From contig NZ_CP080507.1 in NCBI RefSeq assembly GCF_019464535.1, positions 1,710,001 through 1,742,000 on the forward strand: DNA of 32,000 nucleotides. The letters are read 5' to 3'. Under the pieces are notes generated by a model. The model was not told the DNA's origin and made no database searches. It saw nothing but the letters and a program-made list of their open reading frames with translations. Position 1 is the first letter of the stretch. Each line of letters begins with the position of its first letter. Position numbers and translations under genes: made by a program. Below, piece by piece: positions 1 to 8,135 of this stretch. The stretch comes from Horticoccus luteus. GTDB taxonomy: Bacteria > Verrucomicrobiota > Verrucomicrobiia > Opitutales > Opitutaceae.

Positions 1-1118
1 TTGTCCGGGACCAGTTGACGACGATCGATGGGCAACGCGTGACGATCGGTCAGGCGGGAAAATGGAATCTGCTGGGCGGGCCGGATTTTAAGGGCGCGCG
101 AGTGACGATCGGCGAGGGCTCGGAGCGAACGGGTGATGTCGAATTGCATCTGAGGGCGGAAGATTGGGCGAACCATCGGCACGCGGCGGATCCAGCTTAT
201 CGCAACGTGATCTTGCATGTCGTGCTCTTCCCTCCCGCAGCGGGACATGTCACTCGCGGGGCAGGCGGCGAAGCGATTCCGGTCGCGGCGCTGCTGCCAC
301 TTCTTCATCGCGACCTCGAAAGCTACGCGGATGACGCCGCCGTCGAGTCGCTCGTCGATCAACCGCTCGATGAGGCGTTGCGTGAATGGGTCGGCCGCAG
401 CGCGGAGGAGTTGACGGCGATGCTACGCGAGCACGCGAAGACGCGTTGGCAGCGCAAAGTGCGGGATGCGAATCGACGGATCGAACGCTTGGGGTGGAGC
501 GAGGCGTGCCATCACGCGGCGCTCGAAATTCTCGGCTATCGGTTCAATCGCGTGCCCATGCTGCGCACTGCGGCGCGCTGGCGGCTGGCGGAATGGGTGC
601 GGAGAGGGGTCGATCCCGATGTGGCATGGGCGGCCGAGCGTGAGTCTTGGAGTGTGCAAGGTGTGCGGCCGGCCAACCATCCGCGGGTGCGATTGCGTCA
701 ATATGCCACGTGGGTGAGGGCTCGGCCGGACTGGCCGGAGGCACTCATCTCTGCGGCAGGAAGGGTGTTTGAAGGAGCGGGTGTCGAGGCCACACGCACG
801 TTTCGTCATAAAAACGATCTCACGGCGAGACGCCGCGCGTGGAGTGACCTCGTGGCGGGTGAAGCCGTGGGAGGCACGAGGTGGGACAATCTGGTCTGCG
901 ATGGCTTCCTGCCGCTGATGGCTGCGCGCACAGGCGAAGATTTGTTTGCTCCGTGGTGGCACTGGTTTTCCGGTGATCTGCCGGAAGGGCAGGAGCGGGC
1001 GTTGCGACGGGCGGGCGTTTTCGGGGGCCGGGAAAATCCGGCGGCGCATGGACCGTTGCAAGGATTGCTCGGCTGGCGGTTGGCGCGTGAAGCAACGAGC
1101 GCGGGGCGCGGAGCTTGA
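1..1118 (+). CDS. DUF2851 family protein (5' partial, ORF open to the left window edge)
   Basis: The reading frame has no stop between base 3 and the listed ORF start at 15, so the N-terminus lies off-window. The core GKWNLLGGPDFKGARVTIG...GDVELHLRAEDWANHRHAADPAYRNVILHVV matches my recollection of the DUF2851 conserved region. Stop TGA at 1116-1118 is followed by a terminator. Confidence 0.75.
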   Translation, partial: VRDQLTTIDGQRVTIGQAGKWNLLGGPDFKGARVTIGEGSERTGDVELHLRAEDWANHRHAADPAYRNVILHVVLFPPAAGHVTRGAGGEAIPVAALLPLLHRDLESYADDAAVESLVDQPLDEALREWVGRSAEELTAMLREHAKTRWQRKVRDANRRIERLGWSEACHHAALEILGYRFNRVPMLRTAARWRLAEWVRRGVDPDVAWAAERESWSVQGVRPANHPRVRLRQYATWVRARPDWPEALISAAGRVFEGAGVEATRTFRHKNDLTARRRAWSDLVAGEAVGGTRWDNLVCDGFLPLMAARTGEDLFAPWWHWFSGDLPEGQERALRRAGVFGGRENPAAHGPLQGLLGWRLAREATSAGRGA

Positions 1119-1144
1119 CAAGTTTTACACGCGGAAAATATCTT
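1115..1144 (+). promoter_or_regulatory. Putative sigma70-type promoter (TTGACA-N18-TATCTT) upstream of the nusA leader
   Basis: Perfect -35 hexamer TTGACA at 1115-1120, overlapping the DUF2851 stop codon. TATCTT at 1139-1144 follows an 18-nt spacer. This is pattern matching only; the promoter consensus for this phylum is assumed. Confidence 0.3.
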
Positions 1145-1178
1145 CTCCGGTTCTAGAACCAGCCACTTTCAAGAAAGT

Positions 1179-1203
1179 GGGCCGTGCGGCCCGCTTTTTT
1201 TTT
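1179..1203 (+). terminator. Rho-independent terminator (GGGCC-GTGC-GGCCC hairpin plus T9)
   Basis: GGGCCG (1179-1184) pairs with CGGCCC (1187-1192). GC follows, then nine T at 1195-1203. It lies 61 nt after the DUF2851 stop and ends 18 nt before the nusA ATG. Confidence 0.8.
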
Positions 1204-1220
1204 CCCATTAAACATCACCT

Positions 1221-2444
1221 ATGAGCAGCGAAATTTTATCCGTCTTAGAATACATGGAGAAGGAGAAGGGGATCAGTCGGGTCGAGATGATCGCCACGAT
1301 TGCCAATGCCCTGAAGACCGCCGCGCAAAAAGGGATCAACTCCGGCCAGGAGCTGCGGATCGATATCAATCCGAAGAATGGCCAGTTACATGCGTGGTCG
1401 CTGATGAAGGTGGTGGATTCCGTGGGTAACCCGAAGACGGAAATTCACGTGGAAAAGGCGCAGGCCGTGAAGCCCGGCGCCATGTTGGGCGACATGATTG
1501 AACGCGAGATCGATCCGTCGACGCTGGGCCGGATCGCGGCGCAAACGGCGCGGCAAGCGGTCATGCAACGTCTGCGGCAGTTTGAGAAGGATCGCATTTA
1601 CGACGACTTCAAGGATCAGGTGGGCAACATCGTGACGGGCACGGTGCGGCGGCGTGAGCGCAACGATTTGTTCGTCGATCTCGGCAAGGCCGAGGCGGTG
1701 TTGCTGGGCAAGGAACAGGTGCCGGGCGAAGATTACCAGCCTGGCGAACGCGTGCGCTGCCTGCTGCTCTCGATCGATTCGACGCCGCGCGGACCGGAAA
1801 TCATTTTGTCGCGCGCGAGTCCGAAATTTGTTCGCCGCCTGTTCGAACTCGAGGTCACGGAGATCGCGGACGGCACCGTGCGCATCGATGCGTTCGCCCG
1901 TGAGCCGGGTTACCGGACCAAGATTGCGGTGACCTCGACGGATCCGAAGGTGGATCCGGTGGGAGCATGTGTGGGCGCGCGGGGCGCGCGAGTGAAGACG
2001 ATTGTCCGCGAGCTCGGCGGGGAAAAGATCGACATCGTCAAGTTCTTCCCTGGTCCGCGGGAGATGGTGATTGAGGCGTTGAAGCCGGCGGTGCCGCGCG
2101 AGATCAACATCGACGAACGCAACCACCGGATCGTGTTGCGAGTCGCGACGGATGATTTGGCCGTGGTGATCGGGCGCAAGGGACAGAACGCGCGTCTGAC
2201 CTCGCGGCTGATCGGGTGGCGCCTTGACATCGAAGAGTTCAAAGCGGAGGGTGACGATCCTGTGGGCGCGGCCGTGTCGGCGCTGGTGAAAGCGTTTAAC
2301 CTGCCCGACGAAGTTGCCCGCCGACTGGTGGGCATGGGAATCAATTCGCCCGCCGTGTTCGAAGGTGTAACCGAGGAAGATCTGGTCGAAGGTGGCTTCG
2401 CTCCAGAGGAAGCCCACGACATCATCGCCCGCACCCAGAAGTAA
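1221..2444 (+). CDS. nusA: Transcription termination/antitermination factor NusA
   Basis: ATG at 1221. The N-terminus [24 protein letters not shown] is typical of NusA. S1 region, then KH motifs ([26 protein letters not shown]; [11 protein letters not shown]). Sits directly upstream of infB. Confidence 0.95.
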   Translation: MSSEILSVLEYMEKEKGISRVEMIATIANALKTAAQKGINSGQELRIDINPKNGQLHAWSLMKVVDSVGNPKTEIHVEKAQAVKPGAMLGDMIEREIDPSTLGRIAAQTARQAVMQRLRQFEKDRIYDDFKDQVGNIVTGTVRRRERNDLFVDLGKAEAVLLGKEQVPGEDYQPGERVRCLLLSIDSTPRGPEIILSRASPKFVRRLFELEVTEIADGTVRIDAFAREPGYRTKIAVTSTDPKVDPVGACVGARGARVKTIVRELGGEKIDIVKFFPGPREMVIEALKPAVPREINIDERNHRIVLRVATDDLAVVIGRKGQNARLTSRLIGWRLDIEEFKAEGDDPVGAAVSALVKAFNLPDEVARRLVGMGINSPAVFEGVTEEDLVEGGFAPEEAHDIIARTQK

Positions 2445-2460
2445 TCACTTTTATCGTCTG

Positions 2461-4980
2461 ATGAGTATACGTATCCACAAGCTGGCCGAAGAACTCGGTC
2501 TAGAGAACAAGGAACTCCTCTCGCTGTTGAGGGAGCGCAAAATCATTGGCGCCGAGGTGAAGTCCGTCTCCAGCACTGTGGATAACATCAACGCGGATGC
2601 CTTGCGCGAAGAATTTGGCCCGCGCGCGGCGGCGGTCGCCACGGAAGCAGTAGCGTCTCCTGCGGAGGAGACGACCGGGGAGGGCGCGGCCGCTCCGCAG
2701 CATCCCGAGGAGCCAGAAGTCTCCCGCGTGAATCTCCCCGCCGGTGTGTTTGTAAAATCGGCCGACGATATCGTGCGCGAAAAGGAAGCCGCGGCGAAGG
2801 CTGCGGCAGCGGCGAAGAATCCGCCGCCCACGCCGGTTCCGGCCGCCGCACCCGCGGCACGCCCCGCCGCCAGTGTGCCGCCCCCGTTGCCGGCGAAAGC
2901 ACCGCCTTCGGTGCCGCCGCCATTGCCGCCCATCGCCAAGGCGCCTCCGTCCGTTCCGGCGCCGGTGTCCGCACCGCGTCCCGTGAACGCGCCGCCCATG
3001 ATTCCCGCGCCCTTGCGCGCGCCGGCCACGCCGCCGGTGACGGCCCGTCCGCTTTCCGCTGCTCCCTCGACACCGCCGCCGATTTCTCGTCCGCCTTCTG
3101 CGCCTGTGCCGCCTCCGGTGGTGTCAGCGCCGCCTTTGGCGCCGGCGGTGCCCGGCGCGGGTGCCATCGCGCCTGCGACGAGTTCAGGCGAAGTGAAATT
3201 GCTGCCGATGAAGCCGCCGATTATCGTGCGGGACTTGGCAGTGGCGCTCGGTCTGAAGCCATTTAAGCTCATCAGTGAAGTAAGTCAGGCGACCGGTGGA
3301 TTCGCGGGCATCAATTCCAGCCTGGACGAGCCGGTCGCGATGAAAATCGCGGAGAAATACGGTTTCCTTTTGGAAGTGAAGCATCGCGGTGAAGCGGTGG
3401 CGCCTCAGAAGGTAAAGACGGCCGACACGAAGGCGAAGATTGAAGAAGAAGAGCAGAAGAATCTCACGCCGCGTCCTCCGGTTATTTGCATTCTGGGTCA
3501 CGTCGATCACGGCAAAACCTCGCTGTTGGACGCGATCCGGAAGGCGAACGTGGCGAGCGGTGAAGCGGGCGGCATCACGCAACACATCGGTGCCTACCAG
3601 ATTGAATTCCAAGGCAAGAAGTTGACGTTCCTCGATACGCCGGGCCACGCCGCGTTTTCAAAAATGCGCGCGCGAGGTGCGGACGTCACCGATATCGCGG
3701 TGTTGGTGGTCGCAGCGGACGACGGTTTCATGCCGCAGACCGACGAGGCCTTGAAGCATGCGCAGAATGCCGATGTCGCCATCATCGTCGCGGTGAACAA
3801 GATGGACGTGAAAGGTGCGAACATCGAGCAGGTGAAATCGCAGATGCAGCAGCGCAACATCGCTCCGGAAGACTGGGGCGGGGAGACGATCACCGTGCCG
3901 GTATCGGCCATCAAAGGGACGGGCGTCGATCAGTTGCTCGAAATGATTTTGCTCCAAGCCGAGGTGCTTGAGCTGAAGGCGAACCCCAAGGCGGAAGCCA
4001 GCGGTGTCGTCATCGAATCGGAGATCGAAATCGGGCGCGGCTCCGTCGCCACCGTCATTGTGCAACGCGGCACGCTTCGGGTCGGCGATGCTTTGGTGTG
4101 CGGCCAGCATTGGACCCGCGTCAAAGCGCTCTTCAGCGACAAAGGCGAACAGATCAAGGAAGCAACGCCGTCCACGCCGGTGCGCATCATCGGCTGGTCG
4201 GGCACGCCGGACAGCGGAGCCACCTTCCGCGCCGTGAAAAATCCCCGCGAGGCCGAACGCCTCGCCGAGGAAGCCGAGCAGCGCACGCGCAAGGAAGCGA
4301 CCGTCGCCGCGGCCGAACCGAAAGAAGTTTCCGTGGAGCAGCTGTTCGCCGATATCGCGGCCACGCAACACAAGGTCCTCAAGCTGCTCATCAAAACCGA
4401 TGTATTTGGCTCGACCGAGGCGCTGCGTTCCGTGCTCGACGGCATCAAAAGCACGAAGGTTCAGGTGGAAGTGCTCGCGGCCGACGTAGGTCTGGTCACC
4501 AAGAACGACGTGCTGATGGCTAGTGCGTCCGGAGCAGTGATCGTCGGCTTCAATACGAAGTTGGAAAACGGAGTTACGCCGCTCGCCAAGCACCACAACG
4601 TGCGCATCGAATCGTTCCAGATCATTTATGAATTGGGCGACAAGGTTCGCGAGATGATGGCGGACCTGCTCGAGCCCGAGCAGAAGGAAGCGAAGTTGGG
4701 CGCAGCGGAAGTGCGTGCGACGTTCCCGCTCGCCAAAGGCTTTGTGGCCGGGTGTCTCGTCACGGAAGGCAAGATCAACCGCAATGCGATGTCGCGCCTG
4801 CGTCGTGGCCGCGAGGTGGTTTACGAAGGCAAGGTCGACACGCTCAAACGGTTCAAGGACGATGCGAACGAAGTTCGCGCGGGCCTCGAGTGCGGTATCA
4901 AGCTGGACGACTTCAACGGTTATCAAATCGGCGACGTCATCGAGAGCTACGAAATCCAAAAGGTTCGCGCCTCGCTTTGA
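2461..4980 (+). CDS. infB: Translation initiation factor IF-2
   Basis: ATG at 2461 ([13 protein letters not shown]..., typical IF-2 N-terminus), 17 nt after the nusA stop. GTPase motifs [17 protein letters not shown] and NKMD. Long Pro/Ala-rich linker. The ORF-track extension back to 2392 overlaps nusA and is rejected. Confidence 0.95.
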   Translation: MSIRIHKLAEELGLENKELLSLLRERKIIGAEVKSVSSTVDNINADALREEFGPRAAAVATEAVASPAEETTGEGAAAPQHPEEPEVSRVNLPAGVFVKSADDIVREKEAAAKAAAAAKNPPPTPVPAAAPAARPAASVPPPLPAKAPPSVPPPLPPIAKAPPSVPAPVSAPRPVNAPPMIPAPLRAPATPPVTARPLSAAPSTPPPISRPPSAPVPPPVVSAPPLAPAVPGAGAIAPATSSGEVKLLPMKPPIIVRDLAVALGLKPFKLISEVSQATGGFAGINSSLDEPVAMKIAEKYGFLLEVKHRGEAVAPQKVKTADTKAKIEEEEQKNLTPRPPVICILGHVDHGKTSLLDAIRKANVASGEAGGITQHIGAYQIEFQGKKLTFLDTPGHAAFSKMRARGADVTDIAVLVVAADDGFMPQTDEALKHAQNADVAIIVAVNKMDVKGANIEQVKSQMQQRNIAPEDWGGETITVPVSAIKGTGVDQLLEMILLQAEVLELKANPKAEASGVVIESEIEIGRGSVATVIVQRGTLRVGDALVCGQHWTRVKALFSDKGEQIKEATPSTPVRIIGWSGTPDSGATFRAVKNPREAERLAEEAEQRTRKEATVAAAEPKEVSVEQLFADIAATQHKVLKLLIKTDVFGSTEALRSVLDGIKSTKVQVEVLAADVGLVTKNDVLMASASGAVIVGFNTKLENGVTPLAKHHNVRIESFQIIYELGDKVREMMADLLEPEQKEAKLGAAEVRATFPLAKGFVAGCLVTEGKINRNAMSRLRRGREVVYEGKVDTLKRFKDDANEVRAGLECGIKLDDFNGYQIGDVIESYEIQKVRASL
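2878..2955 (+). repeat. In-frame imperfect tandem duplication inside the IF-2 Pro/Ala-rich linker
   Basis: Unit 1 at 2878-2913 encodes [12 protein letters not shown]. Unit 2 at 2914-2955 encodes [14 protein letters not shown]. Both are embedded in a low-complexity P/A/S/V tract of about 350 nt. Confidence 0.6.
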
Positions 4981-4993
4981 TGTTCACCCGCTG

Positions 4994-5017
4994 GGGCCGT
5001 CACTGGCGTGACGGCCC
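4994..5017 (+). other. Perfect 10-bp stem-loop in the infB-rbfA spacer (no U-tract)
   Basis: GGGCCGTCAC (4994-5003), loop TGGC, GTGACGGCCC (5008-5017). Followed by GTTGGC rather than a T-run. A GAGGAG Shine-Dalgarno-like motif at 5037-5042 precedes the rbfA ATG. Confidence 0.5.
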
Positions 5018-5053
5018 GTTGGCACGCGGTGGAACCGAGGAGACACTAATCCG

Positions 5054-5419
5054 ATGAGCAACCGCACCGTTCGCGTCAACGAGCTGATTCAGCGAGAACT
5101 GAACGACATTCTGCGCAAGCGGCACCAAAGCGAAGCGGCCGCGGTGACGGTGACGGAGGTGCGCGTGGCGCCCGATTTGCGGGACGGCCGGGCGTTCATT
5201 TCGGTCATTGGCGATGAGCAGATGGCGGAGAAAAAGCTGCGCTGGATCCGTTCTATTGCAGCGGAGATCAGTCAGGAATTGAGCCGGCGCATTGTGTTGA
5301 AATACATGCCGCGGATGACCTACGTGCTTGATCGCTCGCTGGGCCGGGCGAGCCGATTGGAACAGGTGATGGATGAGATCGAGCGCCAGGCGAAGTCGGC
5401 GGACGAGAGCGGCGAATGA
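5054..5419 (+). CDS. rbfA: Ribosome-binding factor A
   Basis: MSNRTVRVNELIQRELNDIL is a classic RbfA N-terminus. Size is 121 aa. Conserved position after infB. Confidence 0.9.
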   Translation: MSNRTVRVNELIQRELNDILRKRHQSEAAAVTVTEVRVAPDLRDGRAFISVIGDEQMAEKKLRWIRSIAAEISQELSRRIVLKYMPRMTYVLDRSLGRASRLEQVMDEIERQAKSADESGE

Positions 5420-6423
5420 GTTTTTATGCCGAGTTGTCGCCGCGCTTCGCCGCTGCCTTGGCCGAGCTGAGCGGACGATCAATCGCCGTCGTGGGCCACG
5501 CGCGACCGGATGGAGATTGCATCGGCTCCCAGGTCGCGTTGGCGCGGTTGCTGATGTCGCGTGGCGCGGAGGTCGTTTGCGTCAATGCCGACGTCGTGCC
5601 GCGCCGGCTTCAGTTTCTCGTGCGCGGTATGACCTTCCTGCGCACAGATGATGTGCTCGCTGCAGGCCGCGACTATACGAGTTTGTTCGTCGACTGTGCC
5701 GACCAGCGCCGGGTGGGCGAGCGATTGAGCGCGCGGTTTGCGCAGCCCTTCGCGGTGATCGATCACCACTTGTCGAATGTGGGCTATGCGCAGCACAACT
5801 TCATCGACACGGGTTCGGCGGCGACCTGCGAAATCTTGGCGGGACTCTTTATCGACAACGACTGGACGATCGATGCGCAAACGGCGCAGGCGTTATATAC
5901 CGGGATCCTTACGGACACGGGACAATTTCGTTTCAACTCGACGTCGCAACGCACGTTTCTTCTCGCGGCGGAGTTGATGGCGCGAGGCGCCAAGCCGACC
6001 GAGGCGGGCTACGAGCTTTACGAACGAGAGAGCATGGGGAAATTACATTTGCTCCAGCGTTTTCTGGCGTCGCTGCAGCTCGCATGTGACGGGCGCATAT
6101 GCATTGGCCGCCTGCCGAGCGGCGTGTTTGCCGAGACCGGCACAACGGCCGAGGATACGGAAGGTCTCGTGGACTATGCGCGCAGCATCGACGGCGTGGA
6201 TGTCGGCGTATTGATCGAGGAGCGGCCGGATGGTGGCGTGAAGGCCAGTCTTCGGGCGAAGGATCCGGCCTATCGTCTCGATTTGATCGCGGGGCAGTTC
6301 AACGGCGGAGGGCACGCTTGCGCGGCGGGTTTGAATCTCGCGACGGACGCGAAGGATTTTCAAGCGCGGCTTGTGGCTGCGTTGTCGCGACAGATAAACC
6401 AAGTCGACGGGGCGCGCGCCTGA
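5416..6423 (+). CDS. nrnA: DHH/DHHA1 phosphoesterase (NrnA-type nanoRNase / pAp phosphatase)
   Basis: [12 protein letters not shown], the DHH motif (AVIDHHLSN) and the DHHA1 GGGH motif ([11 protein letters not shown]). The start overlaps the rbfA stop (ATGA at 5416-5419). Confidence 0.85.
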   Translation: MSFYAELSPRFAAALAELSGRSIAVVGHARPDGDCIGSQVALARLLMSRGAEVVCVNADVVPRRLQFLVRGMTFLRTDDVLAAGRDYTSLFVDCADQRRVGERLSARFAQPFAVIDHHLSNVGYAQHNFIDTGSAATCEILAGLFIDNDWTIDAQTAQALYTGILTDTGQFRFNSTSQRTFLLAAELMARGAKPTEAGYELYERESMGKLHLLQRFLASLQLACDGRICIGRLPSGVFAETGTTAEDTEGLVDYARSIDGVDVGVLIEERPDGGVKASLRAKDPAYRLDLIAGQFNGGGHACAAGLNLATDAKDFQARLVAALSRQINQVDGARA

Positions 6424-6443
6424 AGCGTCGCGCTATTTCTTTC

Positions 6444-7172
6444 ATGCTCGGGCAACCCAAGAAGGAATACGATGGCGTCTTGTTGGTCGACAAACCAACG
6501 GATCACACCTCGCACGACGTCGTCGCGCGAATTCGCCGCAAATTTAACCAGAAGCGCGTCGGCCACGCTGGCACGCTCGATCCGATGGCCACGGGGTTGC
6601 TGATTATGCTGATTGGCAAGGCGACCCGGGCATCGCAGTTCCTGATGGGGCTGGGGAAGGAATACGAAGGCACGATCGAGCTCGGCAAAGTGACCAACAC
6701 GCAGGATGCCGAGGGTGAAGTCGTCGCCACGCGGCCGGTGCCGGCGTTGACTGAAGCCGACGTGCGCACCGCGATGGCGTCGTTTCTCGGGGATCAGTAT
6801 CAGACGCCGCCGATGTTTTCCGCCATCAAGATCGATGGCGTGGCCCTGCACAAACTGGCGCGCAAAGGTGAAGAGGTGGAACGGGAGCCGCGCTTTATTC
6901 GCGTGCAAAGCTTCGAACTCCTGCGTTTCGCGCCGCCGCAGTTCGATTTTCGCATTCGCTGCAGCAAGGGCACGTATGTGCGGACGATTGCCCACGATTT
7001 GGGGCACAAGATCGGTTGCGGCGGACATCTGGCCGCGCTCCGTCGGACGGCGGTCGATAAATTTCAAGTGGCCGATGCGCTGACGATGGACCAGATTGAG
7101 GCAATGCCGTTGCCCGAGTTGGAAAAGCGCTTGTTGGCAGTGCACAACGTCGTGCCCACGGTGGCGCTGTGA
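6444..7172 (+). CDS. truB: tRNA pseudouridine(55) synthase TruB
   Basis: ATG at 6444 ([27 protein letters not shown]). Catalytic motif [14 protein letters not shown]. The longer ORF back to 6099 overlaps nrnA and is rejected. Confidence 0.92.
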   Translation: MLGQPKKEYDGVLLVDKPTDHTSHDVVARIRRKFNQKRVGHAGTLDPMATGLLIMLIGKATRASQFLMGLGKEYEGTIELGKVTNTQDAEGEVVATRPVPALTEADVRTAMASFLGDQYQTPPMFSAIKIDGVALHKLARKGEEVEREPRFIRVQSFELLRFAPPQFDFRIRCSKGTYVRTIAHDLGHKIGCGGHLAALRRTAVDKFQVADALTMDQIEAMPLPELEKRLLAVHNVVPTVAL

Positions 7173-8113
7173 ACTCAGCCGCGGAGTTTGCTGGATTGGA
7201 TTGCGCGGCGCTGCCGCCGCGACCTGTGCATCTGGCAATCGGTATGTTCGATGGGGTGCATCGTGGTCACCGCACGGTGATCGAGGCGGCAGTAACGTCA
7301 GCGCGCCAAGCCGGCGGCGTGGCCGCCGTGCTGACTTTTTTCCCCCATCCGAGCGCGATTTTTCGTCGGGACGATTGTACACAGTTGATCCTGCCAGCGG
7401 CGGCGAAGCGGCGGGTGCTCGAAACCCTTGGCGTCGAGGCCATCATCACCGAACCGTTTACCCCGGAGTTTAGTCAGATCCCGGCCGAGGAATTTCTACC
7501 GCTGCTGCGCGCGAAGCTACCGCGTTTGGCGGGAATTTATGTGGGGGAGAACTGGCGCTTCGGACGCGGTCGGCGAGGCGACGCTGCGTTGCTCGTGCGC
7601 GAAGGGCGTGCGGGCGGAATCTCGGTGTTCACGGCGGCGCGAGTTTCGTGGGATGGAAAACCGATCAGCAGCACGCGTATTCGCTCGTTGCTCGTGAAAG
7701 GCGACGTCGCAGCGGCGAACAAACTGTTGGGCTACGCTTATTTCGCCGAAGGGGTGGTGAAGCCCGGCAAGCGGCTGGGGCGGCAGCTGGGATTTCCCAC
7801 GCTCAATCTCGATTGGGCTCCGGAGTGCCGGCCAGCCTTGGGTGTGTATGCGGTGGAGGTGCGCGGAATCGACGGCCGCGACAGACGAAACGCGGTCGCG
7901 AATTTTGGATTGCGGCCGACCGTGGAACCGGGCGCGACGGAGCCCCGTTTGGAAGTGCACGTGCTCGGCGATTGCCCGTTCGGGGAAGGTGACGCGTTGC
8001 TCGTGGACTGGCGGCAGTTCTTGCGACCGGAAGTGCGTTTCGCGGGCGTGGAGCAACTGCAGGCGCAGATTGCGCGCGACCGCGACGCAGCGGCGGCGTT
8101 TTTCGCGCGTTAG
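7169..8113 (+). CDS. ribF: Bifunctional riboflavin kinase / FAD synthetase
   Basis: GTG start overlaps the truB stop (GTGA). Motifs [14 protein letters not shown] (nucleotidyltransferase), GFPTLNL and LEVHVL (riboflavin kinase half). Confidence 0.92.
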   Translation: MNSAAEFAGLDCAALPPRPVHLAIGMFDGVHRGHRTVIEAAVTSARQAGGVAAVLTFFPHPSAIFRRDDCTQLILPAAAKRRVLETLGVEAIITEPFTPEFSQIPAEEFLPLLRAKLPRLAGIYVGENWRFGRGRRGDAALLVREGRAGGISVFTAARVSWDGKPISSTRIRSLLVKGDVAAANKLLGYAYFAEGVVKPGKRLGRQLGFPTLNLDWAPECRPALGVYAVEVRGIDGRDRRNAVANFGLRPTVEPGATEPRLEVHVLGDCPFGEGDALLVDWRQFLRPEVRFAGVEQLQAQIARDRDAAAAFFAR

Positions 8114-8135
8114 GCCGACATCCGGTCGAAGATTT

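Noticed and set aside
2392-2460. Upstream extensions of real genes in the ORF track: infB from 2392, truB from 6099, rnc to 16103, the SurA-like gene to 11691, the di-iron protein to 25377, ThuA from 20310 and ruvX from 29932.
   Set aside because: Each extension overlaps the preceding gene or a divergent gene. Each adds non-homologous, Arg/Pro-rich sequence. In every case an internal ATG or GTG restores the canonical family N-terminus, often with an ATGA or GTGA stop/start overlap.
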